Below, piece by piece: positions 11,911-23,500 of a DNA stretch of 64,000 nucleotides (the first letter of the stretch is position 1; the number at the start of each line of letters is the position of its first letter). The notes below the pieces were generated by a model. The model worked only from the letters and a program-made list of their open reading frames with translations, was not told the origin of the DNA and did no database searches. This DNA comes from Azolla caroliniana (taxonomy: Eukaryota; Plantae; Polypodiophyta). The stretch covers positions 15,314,001-15,378,000 of the forward strand of contig JBHGNT010000007.1 of assembly GCA_043228905.1 (NCBI GenBank), in the 5' to 3' direction. The position numbers and the translations under genes are program-made.

Positions 11911-12702
11911 CGTATGGGTCAAAGTATAAATTATAACTCATTTTATTAGTATGGATACAAGTACACCTGATATTTTTGTGAAACTTACCTAATTAATATA
12001 AGTCTTTAAGTTAGTGTTTCCCTTGTCGCACAGTAGTGACATATTGAGCCATAGTTGAACTTTATTATGCCTACATTAACTTATCAACGTGTCTAAACTT
12101 GCATGATTTCTAATGATCTCCACTCGTAGATCTATCATGTATTTTTATATTTGCAAATTCTCATCAAGTTGAGGAACATGTGATACTAGTGCATCCAATT
12201 TTTGTAGAGAGGGTGTATTTGCTTCGTTTTAAGAAGATTCTACAAGTGGAATGCGCAATCCTTCCACTTGTGAACGCGAACGTGTTAGATATGAAATGTA
12301 GTTAACTTAAAGAAAATCACAATGGTTAACTCAAGGCACAAGTTAAGATGAATGGTTTCATCATCTTGAGGAGATGTAGGTTCTAGAAATGGAAGTTACA
12401 TCTATTGTTAGACTTGAAAATGTTTTAAGTATAAGAGGTAACATTGTAATCCATAATGCTATCATCTATAAATTTAGTGCTCATTAACATCCATAAATTC
12501 ACAACTCAAGAAATGTATACAATATTCATAAACAATTTTGATAAATCCATATCTCCTAAAATGTAGACGATACTCCTAAACTGTCAAACTGCCAAACTTA
12601 GATGTAAACATTAATATATCAATTTGAACATATCACATAGTTATCAAGGTATTCACAATGCTCTCCTCTTCTTCATTTATGAGAACTCCCCTACAAAATT
12701 TG

Positions 12703-13958
12703 TGAAGTAAATGAAATTTGCAAGGTTCAATTACCATGAACACAATTATTAATGGTTTTTTGTTACTCAAGGAAGCACAAGTTCGCCATAAGGTATCATA
12801 TTGTGCAACATACTTCTTTACAGTATCGATATGCATCTTTCTCTCTTGTAAAAAACAGAGATTTTAGTACAATTCGAGTTCATGTAAACCCTAAACCTCT
12901 TTTATTTGAAAAGAAAGAAGATTTCTAAACATGAACTGGATATATTGTACCCAATTGATGTAAATTTCCATCACAATTCCATACAATGTATCAAGTTCAT
13001 GTTCAAATTTATTTTTCCCGGATTTAAAAAAAAAATGAAAAAATCAAGCTTTGGTTGATGAAAAAACCAGATTTTTCATCACAATTTAATGTATTTTATT
13101 TTTATTTTTATTTATTTATTTATTTAAATATTTTTGTTTAGAAAAGAAAAACTTTAAACATGAATTTAATACATTGTATCGACTTCTAATGAAAACTCTT
13201 GTTTTTTCATCACTTTAAGCTCAAAAAAAACTTCAAAAAAAGAAACAAGAAAAACCAAAATAAATAGAACGAAAATTAATGCTTTTTAAAAAAACCCCCA
13301 AAAAAACTTAAAACATGAATCCAATATATTGTATCAAGGTGTTGATAACTCTGTTTTTCAACACGAAGTCAATACAATGTATCGACTTCATGTCGAAATG
13401 TCGACATGAACTCGATACATTGTATCGAGTTGGTGTTGAAAACTCAGGTTCAACACCAACTTGATACAATGTATCGAGTTCATGTTTAAAGTTTTTTTTC
13501 CCAAAAAAGAATTAAAAAACAAATAAAAAATTTGAAAAAAAAAAAAAAACACTTTAGACATGAATTCAATTGTAATGAAAGATCTAGCTTTTCATGAACT
13601 GAAGCTCGATTTTTTTATTTTTGTATTTTTTGATATCCGAGAAAAAAACTTTGAACATGAATTTGATACATTGTATGGAATTTTGATGAAAACTCAGTTT
13701 TTTACATCAACTCGATACAATGTATCGAGTTCATGTTTATAAATCTTCTTCTTTTTCAAATAAAAGAGGTTTTTTAAACAGAACTCGGGTTGTAGTAAAA
13801 TCTCTGTTTTTACAAGAGAAAAAGATGCATATCGATACTACAAAGAAGTATGTTGCACAACAAGATACCTTAAGGTGAACATGTGCTTCATTGATTAACA
13901 AAAGACCATTATTAATTGTGTTGATGGTAATTGAAACTTGCAAATGCCATTTACATGA
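12703..13958. repeat. ~1.25-kb imperfect fold-back inverted repeat inside the non-autonomous element
   Basis: TTGCAAGGTTCAATTACCAT..AACACAATT (~12718) pairs with AATTGTGTTGATGGTAATTGAAACTTGCAA (~13915-13944). GCATCTTT..CTCTTGTAAAAAACAGAGATTTT pairs with ~13797-13830. Centre near 13397. Contains AACTCGATAC-NNN-GTATCGAGTT-type copies at 13409, 13458 and 13709. Confidence 0.85.
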
Positions 13959-14829
13959 TCTATAAAATATTCTCATGGTTCTTAATCACCACATCAAGCA
14001 CTTAATGCTGATCTTCATAGTTTGGTTCATCTACAGTAGATAAACATTTATGTGGAACTAAGGATGACAACACGAGCACAACTCAGGTGACAAGGAAACT
14101 TGCAAGAACTCAAGGTGAGGAGGATATTAATAGCTACACATGTAGATGGCCATGACCTAGGGCACCAATTCTACATCGGTGATGCATTAAACCTTTGTAA
14201 TACATCTATCATTGACATTAATTGAGGTGGATATCATTGTGTATGACTTTACACTAACAAAAGTTGGATGTTTAAGGACGACAACAATAAACATAATGAA
14301 AGAAAACAATGTTTAAGTGTAGAAGATACCTTAGATTGAAGGCGAACAAGATTTCGTGCACACAATTTGGAGACACCATTTGGTAAAAACAATGCTTTGA
14401 TTGGTACATTTGAAAATGAGGAGGAAGAGTCATAATTGTATATTAGTTGTAGTAGTGATACAAATAACTCCTAAATGTATTTTTTGTGCAACGATATGTA
14501 ACAAAATTTGACAACATTTTATCAAATGAAATAAAAATGTCGATTGTTTTGAAATCTTCTACTTTTGATTTCTTTATGATCTAAAATCTTATTAGTTGTT
14601 ATTTTTCCTTAAAAATACACAAAGTTACTTTTCGTATTTGACCAACTTTTGGCATTTTTCATATTTACCAATTGGTAAAAATTTTAACTTTTTCATCAAG
14701 TTCTGGAAAACATGTGATACTAGTATTAAGGTGTTTTGTGAAATGGCCAAAAAAACCCCAAAATCAATTGGAATATTCCTTATCCTTCCACTTTTGTATG
14801 ATCCTTCCACTTGTGAACGCGAACGTGTT

Positions 14830-15179
14830 CTACGTGAACGACATGCTACTCTCCAATCAACATGCCGGAGAACTCGCCGAACTTGTTCGGCAACTACAGT
14901 TGAAGTTTGCCATGAAGGACCTCGGTCCGGCACGACACATTCTCTAAATGAAGATAAGTCAGAATCGAAATTCAAGACAATTGTTTTTGTCTCAATCCAA
15001 TTACATTCAACGTGTCTTGGAATGCTTCAACATGTAATTGGCCAAATCTACTTCAACACCGCTCCCAATTAGCCTCCGGCTGTCTCCACGAGAGTGTCTG
15101 ACATCCAGTTTGAAGGGGGAAACTATGAAGTCAGTACCGTATGCACCGGAAACAATGAAGTTGGTTTCTTGATGTACGT
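14830..15179 (+). pseudogene. Host Copia RT fragment 2
   Basis: YVNDMLL..ELAELVRQLQLKFAMKDLGPARHIL, collinear with 39693-40030. Confidence 0.9.
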
Positions 15180-15686
15180 TGTTGTGAAGATGCGTCATTA
15201 CGCGTGGATTGTGAGGCGGAACCGTCGGGGTTCTGGACCAGAAGGATTCGACGTAGGCACAAGCTTTAGCGAGAAAGGATTTAAGATAGATTGAAAGAGA
15301 GAGAGATTGAGAAAAGATAGAACGCTTGATTTTAGATTGAGAGAGAGATTAAGATTGAACTCTTGACTTTAAGTTTGAAGAACAAGATATATCATCGAAA
15401 GGATAACGAATTTTCTTCTTAATATTAATTTTGATATAAAGTACAAAGCTTGCTTTGATTAGAATTTTACATTACCAAAAATCCCCCTTTGATCTTTTTC
15501 ATCCTCTCTTTTATAGATGCCCTCATGCATTTGAGGGTTAAAGACATGCATAAAATACATGTTTGCCATTTGGCGCTCATGTATTACATGTGGTGCATGA
15601 TAACCACGTCACTCATTTTAGCTCTCATCTATGAGAATTTCCATGTAAAGTTACAATGATAAAAATTTTATTTTAAGAAAATGTCT

Positions 15687-15750
15687 TGGCTTAGTGGTAA
15701 TCCTATAGACTCTCAACTTGGAGGTGCAAGGTTCAAATCCACACTTGCAC
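15687..15750 (+). promoter_or_regulatory. tRNA-like RNA Pol III A/B boxes inside an LTR (second copy ~19121-19184)
   Basis: A box TGGCTTAGTGG (15687-15697), B box GGTTCAAATCC (15730-15740), flanking GTGCAAG/CTTGCAC stem. Confidence 0.55.
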
Positions 15751-17500
15751 TCCTTGTGTATACATATATTTATTTATTTATTTATATATCTATCTAGTCG
15801 CCGGATGTCGATCGCCGCCGGTTACCGCGGTCGCCGGTCACCGGTTGCCATATGCGTCCGGTCACTGATTGCCGACTCCATCCGGTTTCCGGTTTGAGTT
15901 TCTTCACCAATCAGTTCGGGCACTTAGCCACATCCGGCGATTTAGCCACATATGTCCATCTAGACAAAAGTGGGTCAAGTCCAACTATTTCTTATGTGCT
16001 ATTAAGACATAGATAAATTATGATGGATCTCAATCTCTTTATATAGTTGGGCCTAAACTTTTCCTTTCTATGTGGGATATTTTATAGTTTTATTTTTCTT
16101 TTTTTCCTATATAAACTTCCTAACCACATAACTTGAGACTTAAATGTCCATTTCTTATGTAGTAAGGTGCATTCGAAAGCTCTTGCAGACCTTCATCTTT
16201 TAGTATTAAGATATTAAACATATTTAAAATAGTATTTTCACTATTATTATTTTATATGATTTATACTCGATTTCCTATGTTTTATGCGATTTTCACACCA
16301 TTGCCGAAAATCTTCACGACATCCACCCCCACCAAACCGCACGTCCTCCGGTACGTGCCAAGAAGAGAGAATGTGAGATTTCGGTAGTGGTGATCAACAT
16401 GATTCCTCAACGTCGAGCATGTTTGTTTCTTTGGACCCGAATCATTGTTGCCACCCAATCCACCATATCGTTCGTTTTTTCTTTGCTTTACCATAACTTG
16501 TTGTCATGGCTCATTGCTCCCTTCTTGAGGATAATCGTTTAAGTCTCATGAATGTTCCACCTTCATCTTGGCCATCTCCTTGGTCACCTAACTTTCCTTT
16601 ATCATCATTTCTCGTCTCATGGTTGCCTTTCCTTATGCTCACTAGCCGCGACCGGGTGTCGCGGCTCGTCTGCTTCGACCTCCGTCTAGGCCGGTTCATC
16701 TTCTGTCTGTCTCGATCAATTAGCTTCTGGCTTGGTCGGCCTTCGTCCGGATTCGCATTCGGCCGAATCGGACTTAGACGATCGACTTTCGTTCGGGTCA
16801 GTTTACATCCGGTTTTCGGTTGGGTCGGGCCCGTTTGATCAACTCTCGTTCGGGTCGGCTTCCGTTCGGGTCGGAATACCAACCGCGTCATCTTCCATTC
16901 GGATTGTATTCCGGTTCTTCCTTTCTCGCCGCTATCTGGCTCTTCATTGAACTCTATTGTAGCTTTGTTTTTGGCGTCCTTTTTTGCCGTCGTTCCTCCG
17001 TATGCGCTGGCTTCGACCCTTATCTCCTCGCCGCCACCTTCCATCTCTTCGGTCTTATGTTCGCTTTCGGGCACAACTGTCGAATTCTCTAGAACCGGTG
17101 TGGAGGGATTCCTTCATCTCTGGCCATCCTCCTTATCATTGTTTCGGTCCTTTGATTACCTTCCGTCTCTTGGGTCTTACATTAGTTCTCAGATGCAATT
17201 GCCCAAGTCTCTGGAACAAGGGTGGAGAAAATTTGGCCGTCCTCATTGGCGGTATTATCTTGGTCTTTCTCCTCCCTTTCGCCACCATCTGTCTCTTGGG
17301 TCTCACATTGGTTCTCGGATGCAACTGCCCAAGTCTCTAGATGAGGTGTTCGGAAAGTCTCCACATGACCATCCGCCATCGACTTGTTCATAGCCATCTT
17401 TGACTCGATGTTGTTTTTCGTGGCTATCTCTTCAATCTCATGGGCCTCGCACCCATTGACCCTCTTGATCGAGCAAGCTTTGATTATCCTTTTCTCTTCA

Positions 17501-18592
17501 TCACATGTATTCTTTTCGACCTTCCATCTCTTGGGTCTCACGTTGGTTCTTTGACGCAACTACCCAAGTCTCCGGAGCATGTGTGGAGAAAATCCGGTTG
17601 TGATCGTTGTTGAAGCCTATTGTCTTGTTCATAGTTACCTCCTCGATATCGTCTTTAGCGGCTAGATCCTCAATTACGCTAGCCTCGCACTCTTTATCTC
17701 CATTGATGCAAGCTTCAATTTGGCTTGTTCCATCATCCGTTGTTTTGAACACGACGCATGTTCCGAAACAATCGACCTCCTTTGAAATGGTCGTCATCGT
17801 CCTCAAGTCATCATCAATCTTCTTTTCATGTTGGATGCGTTTTTTAGGCGTCTCGACTTCTTTAGATGGTTTTGCTTTTTCTACGCTTGGTCTTACCAAG
17901 TTAATATCATGGAGCCATCGATGACGCCTGTCAATCTTGTTGCATGCTTGTTTCACCGCAACCCAGTCCACCACAAGGCTATTTGCTTGGGTATCATCTT
18001 CGAGGAGAGTCCCCAACTCTCGTCTATCCGTCATGTCCACGGCTTTCAAGAAGTACAAAGTGTTTTCCTTCTCAAGCAGCACTTGGTCCGTGTTGGGGAG
18101 ACGACTAAACATCTGATTGAATTCGTTGTACACCTTCGAGACGCTCATTTTCTTATTTTTCTTTTCTATCCATTTCATGAGGACATGTCGCGTCATTCTC
18201 GTCAATTCTTCAGTCGCGAACTCCACTAATATCGCTTTCTCGAACTCGGACGATGTTGTATTCCCTTCTTGAAGCTCGACGACGCACCTTTGGACGTTGT
18301 TGGTGACCACTCTCTTGAAACTTGCGATTTGACGTGCTTTGGACACGTCCCTTTGATTCATCTCCCTTCTGTATGCATCAAGGAACTTCCTAATGTTCCT
18401 TCCGTCAAATTGACCCTCGAGCTCACTAACACAGTCGACGGCCTCTCCCACACTCGCATCGTTGTCTCGAAACCTCATCATTTGTTCGACGATCAACATC
18501 ATCCTTTCGAACTCTCCCACTTGATTGCTTGAGGACGCCATCTCCAAGTATCGGTCGATCCTCGATATGATCCTTCCTGCCGCCTCTTTCAT
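17501..18592 (-). CDS. Gypsy-type Gag
   Basis: FDGRNIRKFLDAYRREMNQRDV..QIASFKRVV..RMTRHVLMKWIEKK is homologous to Gag at 55275-56351. Confidence 0.8.
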   Translation of the reverse strand: MKEAAGRIISRIDRYLEMASSSNQVGEFERMMLIVEQMMRFRDNDASVGEAVDCVSELEGQFDGRNIRKFLDAYRREMNQRDVSKARQIASFKRVVTNNVQRCVVELQEGNTTSSEFEKAILVEFATEELTRMTRHVLMKWIEKKNKKMSVSKVYNEFNQMFSRLPNTDQVLLEKENTLYFLKAVDMTDRRELGTLLEDDTQANSLVVDWVAVKQACNKIDRRHRWLHDINLVRPSVEKAKPSKEVETPKKRIQHEKKIDDDLRTMTTISKEVDCFGTCVVFKTTDDGTSQIEACINGDKECEASVIEDLAAKDDIEEVTMNKTIGFNNDHNRIFSTHAPETWVVASKNQRETQEMEGRKEYM

Positions 18593-19927
18593 GTCGGGTT
18601 CACCACTTAATTATGTCGTGAAGATCCGTCACTACGTGCGGATCGTGAGGCGGAACCGCCGGGGCTCTAGACCGGAAGGATTTGACGTTGGCACAAGCTT
18701 TAGTGAGAAAGGATTTAAGATAGATTGAAAGAGAGAGAGATTGAGAAAAGATAGGACGCTTGATTTTAGATTGAGAGAGAGATTAAGATTGAACTCTTGA
18801 CTTTCAGTTTGAAGAACAAGGTATATCATCAAAAGGATAACGAATTTTCTTCTTAATATTAATTTTGATATAAAGTACAAAGCTTGCTTTGATCAGAGTT
18901 TTACATTACCAAAAATCCCCCTTTGATCTTTTTCATCATCTCTTTTATAGATGCCCTCATGCATTTGAGGGTTCAAGACATGCATAAAATGCATGTTTGT
19001 CATTTGGCGCTCATGTATTACATGTGGTGCATGATAACCACATCATTCATTTTAGCTCTCATGTATGAGAACTTACATGTAAAGTTACAATGATAAAAAT
19101 ATTATTTTAAGAAAATGTCTTGGTTTAATGGTAAGTCTATAGACTCTCAACTTGGAGGTGCAAGGTTCAAAGCCACACTTGCACTCCTTGTGTATACATA
19201 TATTTATTTATTTATTTATTTATATATCTATCCGGTTGCGGGATGCTAGATGATGTCGGTTCGCCGGATGCCGGTCGGTCGCTGGTTCGTCGGATGCCGC
19301 TGGTTGTCATCGGTCGTTGGATGACGCCAGTTCGTCGGATGCCGCCGGTTGTCGTCAGTTGTTGGATGACGCCGATTACGGTCGGTCGTCGGTTCGCCGG
19401 ATGTCGCCGGTTACCGCTGGATCGCCGGTCGCCGGTTACCGGATGCGTCCAATCACTAATTGCCGGCTCCATCTGGTTTCCGGTTCTATCGTCAGTCGGT
19501 TTGAGTTTCTTCACCAACCGGTTTGGGGACTTTGCCACATCCGACGATTTAGCCACATATGTGCATCTAGACAAAAGTGGCTCAAGTCTAACTATTTCTT
19601 ATGTGCTCTTAACACATAGATGAATTACGATGGATCTCAATCTGCTTATATAGTTGGGCCTAAACTTTTCCTTTCTATGTAGGATATTTCACAGTTTTAT
19701 TTTTCTCTTTTCCTTTGCAAACTTCCTACCCACATAACTTGAGACTTTGATGTCCGTTTCTTATGTAATAAGGTGCATTCGAAAGCTCTTGCAGACCTCC
19801 ATCATTTTGTACTAAGATATTAAACATATATAAACTAGTATTTTCACTATTATTGTTTTATATGATTCATACTCGATTTCATATGTTCTATGCGATTTTC
19901 ACACCATTGCCGAAAATCTTCACAACA

Positions 19928-20575
19928 ACGCGATGGTCACGACACGGCCCAATATTGCTCATGCCATCAGAGTCGTCAACAAATTCATGCACAATCCCGG
20001 TCGATTGCATTGGAACACACTAAAGCATGTGTTCATATATTTGGTGGTACAAAAGACTTTACCATCCTATTCGGCCTGAATGATAGTTCAGGCATAGTCG
20101 CACACACCAATTCGGACTTTTCCCAGCTGTGTAAACAATCGAAAATCGACAACTAGTTACTGTTTTAAATTCGGGAATGGAACAATCTCGTGGAAACCAA
20201 AACTTTCGGAGTGCAATACCACATCAACAACTGAGGCTGAATATGTAGCCATGTCCAATGTGGCGAAAGAGGCCTTATAGATAAATAAGTATCATGATAT
20301 GCGGCGAAAGAGCTTCATAACGCATTTTACTACACATGAAACGGATAAATAAGTATCAAGATATGTGAATATGAAGATAAGGAAAGTAGTAGTCGCATAC
20401 ACCGATTTGGACTTTGCGAGCTGTGTAAACATTCGAAAATCGACAACCAGTTATTGTTTCAAATTCGGGAATGGAACAATCTCGTGGAAACTAAAACTTT
20501 AGGAGTGCAATACCACATCAACAATTGAGGCCAAATACGTAGCCACGTGCATTGTTGTGAAAGAGGTCTTGTGGA
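19928..20575 (+). pseudogene. Host Copia fragment 3 (RT end and RNase H start), with a local tandem duplication
   Basis: Collinear with ~40030-40350 (SDF..RKSTT.YCFKFGNGTISWK..EAEYVA..AKEAL). The RNase H piece plus an LTR piece are duplicated at ~20094 and ~20389. Confidence 0.8.
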
Positions 20576-23500
20576 TAAATAAGTATCAAGATATGCGACG
20601 AAAGAGCTTCATAACGCATTTTACTACACATGAAACGGATAAATAAGTATCGAGATATGTGAATATGAAGATAAGGAAACTAGAATTGTGAAATATCCCA
20701 CATAGATAGGAAACTTTAGGATCCATCTATATAAGCAGATTGAGAACCATTAGTTTTCATCTCTGTATTAAGAGAACAAAAGGAATGGTTGGACTTGGAC
20801 CAATTTGTCTACATGGACAAATGTGGCTAAGGAACCAACAACCAGATAGAACTGGCAACCGGAAATCGGATGGAGTCGGTGACAAGATAGAACCGGCAAC
20901 AAAGCAGGGAACTCGAAACTAGATAGACCTCGCAACCAGAAATCGGATGGAGCTGGCGATGTAGTTGGGAATCAGAACTGGATGGCGACGAAACCGGTAA
21001 TTAGCGACCCATCGAACGGAGCCAGCAACCGCCAACTAGAAACCAGAAACTAGACAAATGCGGCGATGAAGTTGGGAACCGGAACTGTATGGCTACGGAA
21101 CTTGCAATGGCAACCTATCAAATGGAGCCGGCAATCGGCAACCGAACGACGGAGGAACGGAAACCGAACGCGGACCGAGATGGTCGAATGATAGGATCAT
21201 GTGGCGAATTAAAGTAGAGTAAAGTATAGTAAAAGTAAAGGCAAAGCAACTAAAACAGGAGGCCATGCAACTAAAAATAAAGGCCAAGCAACTAATAATG
21301 GAGGCTAGGCCACTAAAATGGGGTCTCTCTCCATTTTATTTTATTTTTCCTTCTCTGTTCCCTTATCTCACGAAGCCATAACACTCATAGACCCTAATTT
21401 TCCCTACGCAAGCCATATCTCTCAAAACCCCTAATTTTTCTTTTCTATTAATCTTAGTAAACCTAAAACTTGGCAATCCCAATCTTGGGATATATTGTAA
21501 TTGCTTTTCCTTTGCTAATGAAAAATTACTAAATTTTCTCCTTTCTCTTAATTGTTAAAAGTATAACGCACGAATGTGATATCCTCTGGTTAGAGGCCCC
21601 AGGGTCCTGCCTCAAGTTCACGTAATTATTGAAGATTAGCTTAATACATTGATATGGGAAGATAGATATCTTCAAGAGCTTCATAACGCATTGTACTACA
21701 CATGAAACGGATAAATAAGTATCAAGATATGTGAATATGAAGTTTGAGAAGATAAGGAAAATAGAATTGTCAAATATCCCACATAGATTGGAAACTTTAG
21801 GATCCATCTATATAAGCAAATTGAGAACAATCAGTTTTCATTTATGTGTTGAGAGCACAAAAGGAATGGTTGGACTTGGACCAATTTGTGTACATGGATA
21901 AATGTGGCTAAGTAACCGATGGGCGGATGGAGCTGACAACCGGAAACCATATGGAGTCGGCGACCGGATAGAACCGACAACAAAGCAAGGAACTAGAAAT
22001 TGGATGGAGCTGGTAACCAGAAACCGGATGGAGCTGGCGATGTAGTTGGGAATTGGAACTGGATGGCGACGAAATCAATAATTGGCGACAAAATCAATAA
22101 TCGGAATTGGATGGCGACGTAGCCGGCAACCAGGAACCAAAAACCGGAAACCGGATGGAGCTAGGGATGAAGTTGGGAACTGAACCTGTATGGCTACGGA
22201 ACCAGCAACGACGACCTATCAAACGGAATCGGAAATCGGTAATCGAACGACGACGGAACGGAAACCAGACGCAAACTGAACGGATGGGATGGGCGACGGT
22301 CGAGATGGACAGATGATAGGATCATGCGGTGAATTAAAGTAAAGTAAAGTAAAGTAAAGTAAAAGTAAAGGCGAAGCAACTAAAAATGGAGGCCATGCCA
22401 CTAAAATGGGGTCTCTCTCCATTTTATTTTATTTTTTACTTCTCGGTTCCGTTATCTCACGGAGCCATAACACTCATAAACCATAATTTCTCCTACGGAT
22501 GCAATATGTCTCAAAACCCCTAATTTTTCTTTTCTATTAATCTTAGTAAACCTAAAACTTGTGAATCCCAATGTTGGGACATATTGTAATTTCTTTCCCT
22601 TTGCTAATGAAAAATTACTAAATTTTCTCCTTTCTCTTAATTGTTAAAAGTATAAACGTACGAATGTGATATCCTCTGGTCGGAAGCCCCGGGGTCCTAC
22701 CTCAAGTTCACGTATCCACATCGTATTTTCGCGACATCTTTGGTGAATACGACGTGAAATGAACATTCAACCTTCATAGATGTTCTAAAGACTTGAGCAG
22801 TTGCGTCTGGGAACCAATGTGAGACCCAAGAGACGGAAGGTGGCTCCAAGGAAGCAAAGGACGAAGCTGGAGTGTACAATGAAGAGAACAAAAGAAGCAC
22901 AATGACGAAAGAGGATGCGTGCGACAAAGAGCTCAAGCATAGCACAGGAACGAAAGTTGATGCTAGCAACAAAGAGCCGAGGAGAAGCATGATAAGGGAA
23001 GACGAGGGCCAAGTGGTACAAATGTATCCAAAAGATGTAATCACAAAATCTAACAAGGATGACACTAGCATGGAAGTCATGCTCAACTCCAACACGAGAG
23101 TATATCACAAAAGTAGGAAAAGTGAGAAGCATGAAATGTGCTCACTTAAGGACCTAGAGGGGAGTATGCAGCTGAAGAATGGACCGCTAAGAGGACTCAA
23201 CAATAGTATTCCGATAAGGCCTTTGAAAGGCATGTATGGAACAAGAAAGGATGATAAAAGAAGACCAAGGAGATGGTCGAGATGAAGGTGGCACATGCAC
23301 AAAGTATGAAGCATTATGCTCTACATGAGAAAAGGGAGCCATGGCAACCAACCACGGATATGCAAAGAGTGAGTGAGGAATATGGTTGATCGGATGGCAA
23401 CGATGGTTCGGGTATAAAGGAGAAACATCGATGAAGTAGAATAATCAAAAGAGGAACCTCACTACAATTGGCACATACCGGTGGATGTGGTTTTTCACAC

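Larger units (their letters stand above)
3135..12286. mobile_element. Autonomous-type TIR DNA transposon (9152 bp) carrying a transposase and a ParB-methyltransferase gene
   Basis: TIR AACACGTTCGCGTTCACAAGTGGAAGG at 3135 with its perfect reverse complement ending at 12286. 4-bp TSD AGAT (3131-3134 and 12287-12290). Two divergent genes inside. Confidence 0.93.
2911..14829. mobile_element. Non-autonomous TIR DNA transposon (~2.76 kb own sequence), Sola-like family, hosting the larger copy
   Basis: Left TIR AAGACGTTCACGTTCACAAGTGGAAGG at 2911; right TIR CCTTCCACTTGTGAACGCGAACGTGTT ending at 14829; 4-bp TSD CTAC (2907-2910 and 14830-14833). Removing it restores the Copia RT catalytic region (cf. 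39680-39710). Confidence 0.9.
15180..19927 (-). mobile_element. Non-autonomous gag-only Gypsy-type LTR element (TR-GAG/LARD-like, 4.75 kb)
   Basis: LTRs 15180-16321 and 18614-19927 (TG...CA), imperfect 4-bp TSD ACGT/ACGC, purine-rich tract at ~16323-16335 on -, gag ORF 17501-18592, no RT/INT. The host Copia resumes at 19928. Confidence 0.85.

Noticed and set aside
3135-12286. hAT, CACTA, Mutator, Harbinger or Kolobok/piggyBac classification
   Set aside because: The TSD is 4 bp and variable (AGAT, CTAC), not 8, 3, 9, TWA or TTAA. The termini are not CACTA and the transposase motifs do not match those families.
14596-15072. 158-aa and 116-aa ORFs spanning the TIR
   Set aside because: Chance frames across the transposon end/Copia junction.
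15687-15750. Functional tRNA gene
   Set aside because: No convincing acceptor stem or cloverleaf, and it is duplicated as part of LTRs. Reported only as Pol III-like boxes.
19212-19623. ORFs in CCGG-rich LTR repeats (also 23720-24083, 44993-45566, 48417-49024)
   Set aside because: Open frames arise from low-complexity LTR tandem repeats on both strands and carry no protein motifs.
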